This document shows, piece after piece, positions 32,667-45,800 of a DNA stretch of 64,000 nucleotides. The position numbers were made by a program, and so were the translations under genes. The stretch is taken from the NCBI GenBank assembly GCA_009914755.4, contig CP068257.2, positions 35,040,001 to 35,104,000 on the forward strand. Reading direction: 5' to 3'. The first letter of the stretch is position 1. The number at the start of each line of letters is the position of its first letter. Below the pieces are notes generated by a model. It ran no database searches and was not told the origin of the DNA. It saw only the letters and a list, made by a program, of their open reading frames with translations. Source of the stretch: the human T2T-CHM13v2.0 reference genome, Homo sapiens.

Positions 32667-35600
32667 GAATGATTGCTCTTGGGAATTTCACCACTAAGAT
32701 GCCAAAAAACCATGGCACATCAGCTGGCCTATAATGAGGTGGGTCTACGTTCCAGTGAATTTATTCCATCTTTCAGACTATATCACGTGGAATTTTCTTA
32801 TAGTCTTTCTCCCCCTTTAAAACAATCCTAAGGTTATTAAAGATACTCCTTTCAGTACTGCCTTCCCCACCCCTTGGGCTACACTATTCAGCTGTTTTTT
32901 AAAGAACAGAATTGTAACTTGCATTATCAATAGAGAACATTCCTGGAGAAAACACAGATGTTTTCTGGCTCGTGTCACACAGGCGGTTCTGAAATCTACG
33001 AAGTTATATGAGGACTTCCTGGCACCGTGAGAGGAAGGTTGGGAGGCAGTATTACTCAGCCAGACCAAAATGATTTTATTTATTCCACATGCCTAAAAAT
33101 ATGTTTGAACATAATGTGCCATAATTTTTCTGGTGATTTCTATGAATCAGTTTTTAATTATGAATAATGTTTTTAGAGATACTCCTGAGAAATTGTACCC
33201 AAGTTTCCCTTGACAGCCATCACATAAAGTATCTAAAATGAAGCAGCTTCCACGGCTAACACAGAAAATCAAAGCATGAATTTCTAAAAGATCCATTAGT
33301 CATCTTTGCTGAGAACAAGAGTCTCACGATTCGCACATGCAAAGGGTGGCTGAGAAATTCAGGTCAACAAACATAACTAGAAAAAGACGGTTACTGTCAA
33401 ATAATTGTTCAAAGGAGTTTTGTACAAATATAAATTTTGTAACTTCACTTGGAGCCTTTTTTCTTTTCTTCTAGTTAGGAATTTTCTCTGTGTTTGAATT
33501 ATTGCCTTTCTAATCCTCAGCTGACGTTTTGCAGCTTTTAAGGGATCGCTGTGGCTACAGCAGGAAACGTTCCTGCTCCATGGCCCAACGCAGGCCACTC
33601 AGAAATTAAAATGTTTGTGCAAGATAATGAGTATGAATTTCCATTTCTGGGATTTACTTTTAGAAAATCCAGCTACTGAAACTCAATCAAGGAGGGTCCA
33701 AGTGACACCCTGTCAAAGAACAGATGGGTGGGGTCAGCTCTGGAATTCAAGTACTTTTCGCAGGTGTATCTCTCCTGGAAACCACTTTCCTGCATTTGTC
33801 AGAGCTCACAGCTTCTGCGAAAATGTCGGCTAGGGATCAGGCTAAACAGAAGTACAAATAACTCAAGTAGCTTTCAGTGGAGCACCCTTAATGTTGCTTA
33901 AACAGGGAGGTATTTTCTGGTCAATTACCTTAAGTAGACTCCAGTAAACGCGAAAATTATTTTTGCATGAGTAACAACAGCGCTTATCTTTTTCCTTCCC
34001 CGGCTCCCAACTATCCAGGAATAAAGCAAATTCACACAGGAGTATTCCAGGACTCACAACCTTGTTTAGATTGTTTAAAAGGAATTGGAGGCTGTGGCTT
34101 TCCATCCAGTGTCGAGAGCTCCCGAGCAAGTTGAACGTGGCGCCGGCTGCTTAGCCAGAGGAAGCCAGCGTCTACCTGTGTCACTGAACGGCGCTCCTCC
34201 CACGGCGACACCTCCGTGCTCTTTTTGCTTGTATTTATTCAAAAATTAGATTTGTCAATAACGCAGGGCCTGGCAAATAGGAGGACCTCTCCAAAATTAA
34301 ATGCAAGATTGAACATAGGTCTCTCACATCATAATAAAGCGGTTTAATTTGGCTTCCACCGGGGGAGCGGAATAGCACTTGCCCAGCCCCTTTGAGCCCT
34401 GCGCACACTCGCACCACCGCCGCCTCTCCCACAAAGAGAAAAGCCACGAGAAGGGTCCCGACTGTGCAAATCTGTGTGCCCTCCCGAGGAAGGCGCCCGA
34501 GGGCTCACTCTGCCTGGTTCAAAAGCTTGTGGGAGAGAAGCACCCAAAAGAATTCCGTTGTCAGGTTAAAGTCTTTGTCTATACTCGCAGGATGGGAAGG
34601 ACGATGGTGCAATCACCGAGATTATTTTGTTTTCGTCCTCTAAAAAATGAAGAGGGGACTGGAGTCGGGACCAAAATTATTGGCAGACCGCACGGTTTGC
34701 AGTCACCCTGAAGTTACCAGCAGCCGATGCTGTGTCCAGGGAAAATATTCTTGAGCTGGAAAACGTGCTAATTTAAAGTCTTTCGTTTCACACGAAAATG
34801 TGCTGCACTCTTTGACTGCTCAGGAATTTGCTCTAGCACCTAGAAGGAATTCTGGCTTAGGGCAGGGGCGAGGGACAGTGGAGGGCGTTGGACCTTCTTC
34901 CGCAATCGGGACCACTCCAGGTCTCCCCGGAGAAGGCTGAGTCTCCAGCGCGTGGATTCAGATCAGGACTCTGTCTAAGTAGGCGAGAGCTGGGGATACC
35001 GCTGGGGGCTTTGGCGAAGCTAAGAAAGCACTGGCTTCTTATTCTCACCAGACATCTCAACACCCACGTGCGCTGGGTCCCGCAGTCTCTCGCCCGCCCC
35101 ACGCGGGTCCGAGCCCTGGTCCTTACTCCCCGCGCGGGAAGAATCTGGGGAGGGTGGGGGCGGAGAGGCGGCTGATCGGAGAGTGGGAGGGAGGATGGGA
35201 GATGGGCAGAGGCTGCCCGCATCAGGGCCAGGACAGACGTCCGCGCGGCCCCAGGCACTCACTTGAGTGTCACGCAAGTCACCCCAACACCGCACAAGAC
35301 AGTGGCGGGGTGCGCACCGAGGCCCCTACCTGGGGGGTGTGCGCGCACTGAACGACCCCTTCTCCAGGTGCGCGAGCCGCTCCGGCGGCCGTGCACACTG
35401 CGCCCCCTTCCGCCCACCTGCCTGGCCTGCGTTTCTAACCACGCGGGCGGTCCCGAGACTTCGCGCAAAAGGCAGGACCGCGACTCCCAATAATGATATC
35501 TTCGAAATAACCCCCTGCTGAGCCGGCGCCCAGGGCCGGGGGTAGAGTCCCGAGTCCCTTTTGCGGAATTAAGGAGACCTCTGGCGACCGGGGAGCCTGC

Positions 35601-38600
35601 CCCTGTGACCGCTCCAGCAGCCCCTGCCGCGTGCGTGCCCGAGTGTGGCCCGCAGCTCCCAAAGCCCAGGTGTGTGTGGCCTAGGGCGGGGAGAGTTGGC
35701 GACCCGGGCCCATCACCGCCCCAGTGCCACCGCCCCAGTGCCTGACCAGATGGGGTGCGGTCCCTACGCCCGGCGTGGCCCCGCCGCCGCTCAGATCTGA
35801 AGTCCGGCTTTCGCTCGCCCTGCGCGGCGGAACCTCTGACCCGGAGCAGCTCTAGGCCGTGGGCTTCGTCTCCTCCTCCTGGAAGGAATGAATGGGCTCC
35901 CCGACACACACCTCTCAGAAAACTCACCTTTCACGCTGACCTTCAAAAGAAAAGAAAGAAAGAAAAAGAAAAATCCGCTCGAAGCGGGAAAATGTCCACG
36001 CCCGGATTTGGGGTGGACACGCGCCCCGGCCTGGCTGGAGGGGCCAACCCAGCGGGGCCCGCCTGCCCGCCGGCCTTTCTGTAACTTTCTCTCTTTAAAC
36101 TTCCAATGAATGAACGTGCCTCTTCTTACGGATTTGTTTAGATTAGGGAATAGATTCCTCGCTGATAGCGTTGCTTTGCAAATAAGACCTCCTATATTAT
36201 TCAAACCAAACGAGTTTGTGTCTTTAAAGGACTATAGCAGCCCCATTCTATGTTAAGGGTTGGCTATTACAATTATTATATGCTTAGGGAAAAAATGTAA
36301 GCCCCGTAGTTTGTGCTTTTCTTGATGTACAGAAAGGTTTATCTTAGGTGGATAGGTTTTGTTTTGTTTCTTAAATGGGATTTTTTTGGTTCGTGTCTTT
36401 GAAGGGCTGTTTCGCGACGTCATTAATGAACTAATCGGTTTTCAGATTTCAAGACGGTGTGTAATTGATGTAACCACTGAGGAATTTCAGTGCACACCAG
36501 ACTAAGACTCTTCCAGCGCAGGGGATTCCAGATGCTTCTTGGGCCCTCTGGAAGCCATGGGGATGTTTCCAGACCGAAAGGAGGGCTTTGCTGGGGAGCA
36601 GATGTGCTGCCTCTCCCCGACCCAGGATTTTGAGGCCGTGTTTCCGTTAATCTGGACCGAGAGCCCTCTGGGAGAGGGAGGCAGGTCGTAGGGGGCGGGG
36701 GTGAGGGGGAGCGAGATGAGGTCGTCGCTGGACGCTGGGCTCCCTTGTCGTTGTCCTTTTCCCCAGAATCCATGGTCAGGCCTAGGGAGCCACCCCTGGG
36801 TGCTCGAGATGAGTCCCCACCCTCACTGAAGGTCGGTCACTGGATGTTTGTGTGCATCGTAAGGGGCCCACCGAAGTCCCGAAGCCTTCTCAGGGACCAG
36901 CGAGAAAGAGGAGCAGGCTTGGGAGACAGGGAAGGAAAATGCAGGGGAAAGGGCTCACCCCTCGACCCCAGGTAAAATTAGAAGGAACGTGTGGCAACCC
37001 AGGTGCAGCTTTGGTCGCTCGCTCAAGGACTTTGCTAGTCACTACCATTAATTAATTAATCACTATCATTAACTACCAAGGACACCGTTTTTATTCCCCT
37101 AAAAGCGTCACCTTGAGGGGAATGGAGAATTGGGCAGCAGCTATGCAAATCCTGGGACAGGAGACACTGCCTGAGGACCCTCTCTCACTCCCAATCCCAG
37201 AACCCGAAGTTATCCCCGACAACCAAGTCCAAGCACATGAACCAAGACGATCAGCTTCAGGCAGCTCCTTACCCCCACAAGCGGCCCAGGAGGTGGGCAT
37301 TATCCCCCACCCCTGGGATTTCTCCATCCCTCCCTCTTCTCTCCTGCGGGAGAGAGAGCTGTGGTCACCCAGTTGGGCGCGATGGCTCTGGACTAATGGG
37401 GTCTCTAGACCCAGGGCACAAAGGCCAATCTGCCAGGGGTTACTGCATGTAATGAGATAATCAGACATGTTGACCAACCTAAAAGAAAAGACTCTCCCAG
37501 GGAGTAACTCCCAGTGAAATAATTTATTAAAAAAAGCAAAAAAGAGACATAAATTTCTCTCTACTACTTGAGGAAACAGCAAACAGAACGAATTAGGGTC
37601 TTGGCCTCTGCAGGAATAAATTATTTCCGACTTGGTCTGGATACCTGTAATTATTTGTAAGCTGTGGGTAGTAATACTGTAATTGTCCCCCGGTCCTTTC
37701 TGGAAGTAGCAATGACCCCAAGGACAATTGGTGACGTCTCCACAGGGTTTACACATGGAAAGGAGTGAAAAATCGAGGAATTCTTTCAGATAGCCCAGAC
37801 CAAAAATCCTCCCAGCCATGAAAAGGTCATATATGTGATGCTGGGCCAAGCGGACTTTTCTGGAGTAACCATATCATAACTGATTGCGGATGTAGACAAG
37901 AGCGTATAAACCAAATAGGCTTGAATCAACGCAGTCCTGGATTTTCTGTTGCCTCTGCTTGCTGGGGCAGTGGAAGTTCTTAAACTCCACTTCAGAGGTT
38001 GGAAATTCTTCCCCCTCCCCCACCTCCTTAGTGACAAGGTCTCTGATCTCCTGCTGCCACTGCAATAGCCTCTCCCATCCCGCGGGGAACGGCCGGAGTT
38101 CTTCCCTTGATCTCTCCCGAGTCGGCTTCCGCTGGGGATGGATCGCAGGTAGGCGCCGGCGCGGCCTGGGGAAGAACAGTTGCGGAGCATCTGAAGCGGA
38201 AAATCCAAGCAGATGTGAGGCGATCCGGGCCCGCCTCGTTCCTCTTGGGGCCTGAATTTCTTCCAGATAAGTTTCCTAATGGAACATTTCTAAGAGGTGG
38301 GGTACGAGGCGGCTTGCTCGCACGCGCAGTGGGACAGACTGCGGGTGGGGACGTACTGAGAGGTCCGGACCTCAATGCGTCCGACCCGTCTCCACACCGC
38401 CCTTTTCCAGCCCCCAGTCTCCTTTCATTCCCTACTCTTCAGGCTCCTTTGGGGCCAGTGGGTGAACCGCCATTTAGAACGGTGCCTCGGACTCGGGGGT
38501 CGTGCGCTCCATCTCTGCCTCCCCCCTGGGGCCCGCGAGGCTGGTCCGGGCTTTCTGAGCTGGGCGTTCGGCTTTAGGCCCAATACCTGGACCAGGAATT

Positions 38601-38965
38601 TCTTCTCCCCGCGCCAGAAGGGAAAGACATAGGAGGTGTCCCAATCTGCGGTCACCGCCGATGCTCCTGACCACTCTAGTGAGCACCTGCCCGGTACTTT
38701 TCCATTCCAACAGAGCTTCCAGCTTCATACTAACTATCCCACATACGGCCTGTGGGTATTAGCTCTAAGTGTCCTTTTCCGAGGGCCCGAGGCTCCCCCT
38801 CCAGCAGGGAGAGCTCCGGGACGGCCCCCACCAAGGGTTGGGTTTCTTCCTTCACAATTCCACAGAGGCATCCCTGTCCTTCCTACCTGGGAAACCTCGA
38901 GGTGCGGTGCCCGTGTACTTCTGGTACTTTGCGTGGTGCCATCAGGGACCCCAGAGCCACAGCTG

Positions 38966-39012
38966 CGTGTGTGTGTGGATGTGTGTGTGTGTGTGCGCGC
39001 GCGCGCGTGTAC
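38966..39012. repeat. Alternating purine-pyrimidine (TG)n(CG)n tract, a Z-DNA-prone motif
   Basis: gcgtgtgtgtgtggatgtgtgtgtgtgtgtgcgcgcgcgcgcgtgtacg. Confidence 0.85.
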
Positions 39013-40999
39013 GGCGAAAGGATGTGCTTGGGGGAGCCGAGTACACAACGTCTGCTTGGGCAGCTGCTGGGCAGGCGTTGGGCCTGGAGGTATCTCACAC
39101 CCACGTATCTTCCAGTCTTCAAACACGGCATTGCTCTGCCTCCCGTAGCGCGCTTCGAACCTGCCTCGCGGACACGTGAACAGAGGCTGTCCCTGGGAAG
39201 ATAAGTGCGCTTTCCCGTAAAATCCGGGAAATTTGCCTTGAGGAAAGTTTCCGTTCTTGTTACTTGTCGGGTTTCTCCCACTTCCACTTAGCCATGTTTC
39301 TGCGATCTGGGTAATCCCTTTCAAGCCCAGGAGGAATTCTCCCGGGTCCATAATTGAGGGTCGGAAGCCGTGGGGGTGAGAAACGCATTAAATCCTCCCG
39401 AAGCCCAGGAGGTGCCAGAGCGGGCTCAGGGGGCCGCCTGCGGAAGCTGCGGCAGGGGCTGGGTCCGTAGCCTCTAACCCCTTGGAGCCCCTTCTCCCAG
39501 AGGCCCGGAGCCGGCAGCTGTCAGCGCAGCCAGGAGCGGGATCCTGGGCGCGGAGGTGGGTCCGACTCGCCAGGCTTGGGCATTGGAGACCCGCGCCGCT
39601 AGCCCATGGCCCTCTGCTCAAGCCGCTGCAACAGGAAAGCGCTCCTGGATCCGAAACCCCAAAGGAAAGCGCTGTTACTCTGTGCGTCCGGCTCGCGTGG
39701 CGTCGCGGTTTCGGAGCACCAAGCCTGCGAGCCCTGGCCACGATGTGGACTCCGCAAGGGGCTAGGGACAGGCAGGGGGAGAGCCCGGGTTTGCGCACAC
39801 CTTCCAGCCCCTGGAGGGAGCCTGCTCGGCTTCGAACGCCTTCGAACTTTTGACCTTCAAAGGAGTCCCTGGAAAAGGTCAGGAGCGCCTGCTGCAGGCA
39901 CGGTTGCCGAAGGCCAGGCCTTCCTGGCGCAGGGGAGGGCCAGGGGAGGGAAGCGGATACTCAGTCGCTGTCCGACGGCGAGTTTTCGGAGCAGCAGGCT
40001 CATGATCCCGGGCCAGTGGCGAGAGCAGTGACACCGAGAACCCAAATCTCCGCGCCCCCATCCGCGGCCCGGTGTCCTCCCGGCCCCTGCTGACCTCCAG
40101 GTCACGCACCCCACTGCTCCACGGCTCTGCAGCCTGTGGCACACGGCCGAGAGTCCCCACATGATCTCGACGCCAAGGTAAGGAATTGCCCTGCGTCCTC
40201 TGAGCCTGTCTCTGGCCTGGGGGGCCGGGAAAGCTGCACTCCTGGAAGAGGTGGGGTTATGTGACCGCCGCTGCAGGGGTGCGCGGAGGACTCCTGGGCC
40301 GCACACCCATTTCCAGGCTGCGGGAGCCGGACAGGGGAGGGCAGAGGGGGGACAAAAGGACTCTTTAGGTCCAAAATGACCCTGAAGGAGAGTCCAGAAT
40401 GCCCAGTGGCCGCGTCTGCAACGGAGTCTTCTTTCTCCAATTGCCTTCTGCCCCATCACCATGGGCCCCACCTGCGCCACCTGCGCCCACCCTGTGACCC
40501 TGGCTCAGCGACCTTGGCCCTTAATCGCCCAACGCCGATTCCTCAAAATTCCGGCTGCGCTGAATCGGGCTGCTTTTGCCGCCGCCCCGGCAGTTGGGCC
40601 CTGTTTCCGCCGGCGCCCTGGGAGAGGCCTCACCACTCGGCTGGGCTCCCTGGCCCCTCCCTTCCCCTGGCCTGAGCGCCCCTGCGGCCTCCCGCTCCTC
40701 CTGAGAAGGCGACAATCTCTTTGCACCTTAGTGTTTCGAGGACAGAAAGGGCAGAAGGGTCACTTCGGAGCCACTCGCGCCGTTTTCACGTGTGTGTGTA
40801 ATGGGGGGAGGGGGGCTCCCGGCTTTCCCCTTTTCAGCTCTTGGACCTGCAACACCGGGAGGGCGAGGACGCGGGACCAGCGCACCCTCGGAAGGCTCGA
40901 TCCTCCCCGGCAGGGCGCCTGGCCAACGAGTCGCGCCGCCTCCTCTCGGCCGCGCCTGCTGGTGACCTTCCCGAGAGCCACAGGGGCGGCCTCGGCACC

Positions 41000-42833
<1,834 letters not shown>

Positions 42834-45800
42834 TGAGGCCCAAGCACTGCAGGCTGAGGCCACAGAGCGAACACTTGTGCTGAGCCGGGCCCTCTCGTGA
42901 GGCTGGGGTGCGGGAAGTCCGGGCAGGAGAGACCCGCCCCCGCCGTTGCTGAGCTGAGACCCGGCTGAAAGAGAGGGGTCCGATTAATTCGAAAATGGCA
43001 GACAGAGCTGAGCGCTGCCGTTCTTTTCAGGATTGAAAATGTGCCAGTGGGCCAGGGGCGCTGGGACCCGCGGTGCGGAAGACTCGGAACAGGAAGAAAT
43101 AGTGGCGCGCTGGGTGGGCTGCCCCGCCGCCCACGCCGGTTGCCGCTGGTGACAGTGGCTGCCCGGCCAGGCAACTCCGAGCAGCAGGTCTGAGCGTTTT
43201 TGGCGTCCCAAGCGTTCCGGGCCGCGTCTTCCAGAGCCTCTGCTCCCAGCGGGGTCGCTGCGGCCTGGCCCGAAGGATTTGACTCTTTGCTGGGAGGCGC
43301 GCTGCTCAGGGTTCTGGTGGGTCCTCTGGGCCCAGGAGCTGGGAGGGCTGCGCCGGCCTCTGGAGCCCCGGGAGCCAGTGCCGAGGTAGGGAGACAACTT
43401 CCGCCGCAGGGCGCCGGACGGTCGGGGCAGAGCAGGCGACAGGTGTCCCTAGGCCGCAGGGCGCTTCCATAGCGCCATCCCCACCAGGCACTCTACTCGA
43501 AATCGGAAAGCTCGACCTTTTGCGTTCGCCTCTGCCAAGCCTGTTATTTGTGCTGGCCGCTGGGTCTGGAGCTGCGCTTCTCGGCCCCTCCCCGGTGGAG
43601 CGCAGAGGGCTGGTCTGCAAGCGCGGCCTCCAGCCCCGCGGCTCCCCGGCCCAGGAGCCAGGCGCGGGCTGACCCGGGAGCACCCGGCAGCGGAGGGGGC
43701 TGGAAGCGGACCCTAGGCCTCTCCTGTGCCACCCGGCCCTACCGCGCGGCCGCGGGGCGCTCTCCTCTCGGGCGCAGCGGTCCTTCAGCCCAGGGCAGGT
43801 TCCTCCCTTTCCTACTCGGAACGTGGCAAAGATACCCCAGTCCCAGCCCCTCCAGCTGAGAGCTGTTGCCCAAGGTCGTCGCTACTTGTCCGCTCAATGG
43901 TGACCCCTTGGCAGAGAACTAGGGATGATTCCACTCCGGTTGATGTTTTAGGGGAAATTAAAAGAACATTCGGTTTTCTGAGTCTCCTTCCGGGGAGGCG
44001 TGGTGGTAACTGGTTTGCTGGGAAGAGCCGTTCCTTAACCGCATGCAACAAAGCAGGTGTGGAATCCGGACGAGAGGGCACTCACTGCCTTCTGCCCCCT
44101 TTGGAAATAGAAAAAGCCTTCGAAGCAACAATCCAAAGATCAAATGATTTGCGGTCAATGATTTCAATTAAACCAGAAATTAGTAAGGGAGGGCCGAGAA
44201 GACACGGCTGCTCAGAAGCTGTTCGCTGTTTGAGGGATTTCCCGGAGAGCCTGTTAAAAGATGCGAAGTGGTGGGTGTACCGCTCAGCCACCTTTAAACC
44301 GGCTCTGTGCGTTCTGGCTCTGGAAAGCAAGTCTCCAGGCATTTGGGCTCAGAATTGCTGGGCCCCGAGTTTGGGCGGGGGTGGTCCTTCTGGGGGTCAG
44401 GCCTTGAGCAGCTTGCACTGGTGGCAGGTTTGGGAGCAGTTGAGGGGCTTCCTGTGTGTCTTTTGGAGGGGGTGACCCTGGAAGTTGGCACTCTGGAAGG
44501 GAGCTGTTTGGCCCTAGAGTTTTGGAAAGGGCCCTGAACCTGTTCGGTCCCCCTCGGAAAGGGAAGGGAGCAGTGGCTTAGTCCCTCCCTCCTCCATTCG
44601 TGCAATGCCTGGGGTAGGGGTAGACCTGGAGCCGGTGGACTCATATCCTTGGAATTCGTCAGGACAGCTGCTCCGGGGCCTTGGCCCTCAGTCAGTCTGG
44701 GGCTGAGGAGTAGGGAAGCTGGGAACTTGGGGCAGAGGAAGAAGATGCGTTTAGAAAGACCTCCATTATGCAAACTGGAGTCCATTTATGCAAACTGGTC
44801 ACCCTTCCAGTAGCTCCAAAGAGTGGCAGTGGAGTGGCATCTTGATTGATTTAACCTCTTCTCAGGGGACCTGGGTCTGCGAGGGAGGATATGGCTGCGG
44901 GGTTGGAATAGGATCTGTCTGAGCTGCCAGGGTCAGGGTGGTGGCCCTAGGGAGGTTTTAGGGCCAGGGTGGTCCCGGGCTGTGGCAGGGGCTCTCAGAT
45001 CGCCTCGGGCTCTCAGCTGCAAGGTGAAAAATACCATGAGGAATTGATCTGCCAAGGGCGGTCTTGTCTCAAAGCAAGTGGATTGCTGGGGTAAAGAATC
45101 TAGAGACCAGCTTAGGACTCTGGGAGGAAAAAAAAAAAAAAAAAAAAAGAATAGCATAGTCCTAAGGAACTGCAAGGATCACCAGATTAACCCTTCATAC
45201 CTGGGGAAATTAAGGCCAGACATGACACAGGCCTTTCCCAAGGCTCTGTAGCAAGGGCAATAGCAGGCCAGTTGCTGCCACTGCGGTCCTGTGGGGCATG
45301 TTCTCACTCCACTGCACCCAGGAGGCTGCCAGCCTCTGTTCCTTTTAACATAGATCTCCTCAGTTGTTAAGACAGAAAGAGGAACTCAGAGGGGTCCCTG
45401 TGTGCAAGGCAGAGGGAGACCACCAGAACCAGGGTAAGCACCCCACTTGGTAGCCAGTTCAAGGACTTGGGGATGTTTTCAACATTTACAGCGAGGTTTG
45501 AGGCCCCATTGTCATGCTGCGCTACTCGGCCTCGGTCTCCTTATCTGTAAAATGGGCCCATTAGCAATGCACAGGGTTGCTGTGATGAAGGGTGAGGTCC
45601 CACAAGCAAAAGCTGTGCAGTGAGGGGGGAATCCTAAGCATTGTTCCTATGCCATTCACCCCTTCCTGTGAGCTCCCCATATTCCCTGGCTCAAAGGAGT
45701 CTTGAATGGCAGGGATGGAGGACTCACTGCCTGGACTTTGAAGACCCCTGCTTTCTGGGTGACCACCTTTTCTTCCCTTTGACAGTGAACTAATACATTG

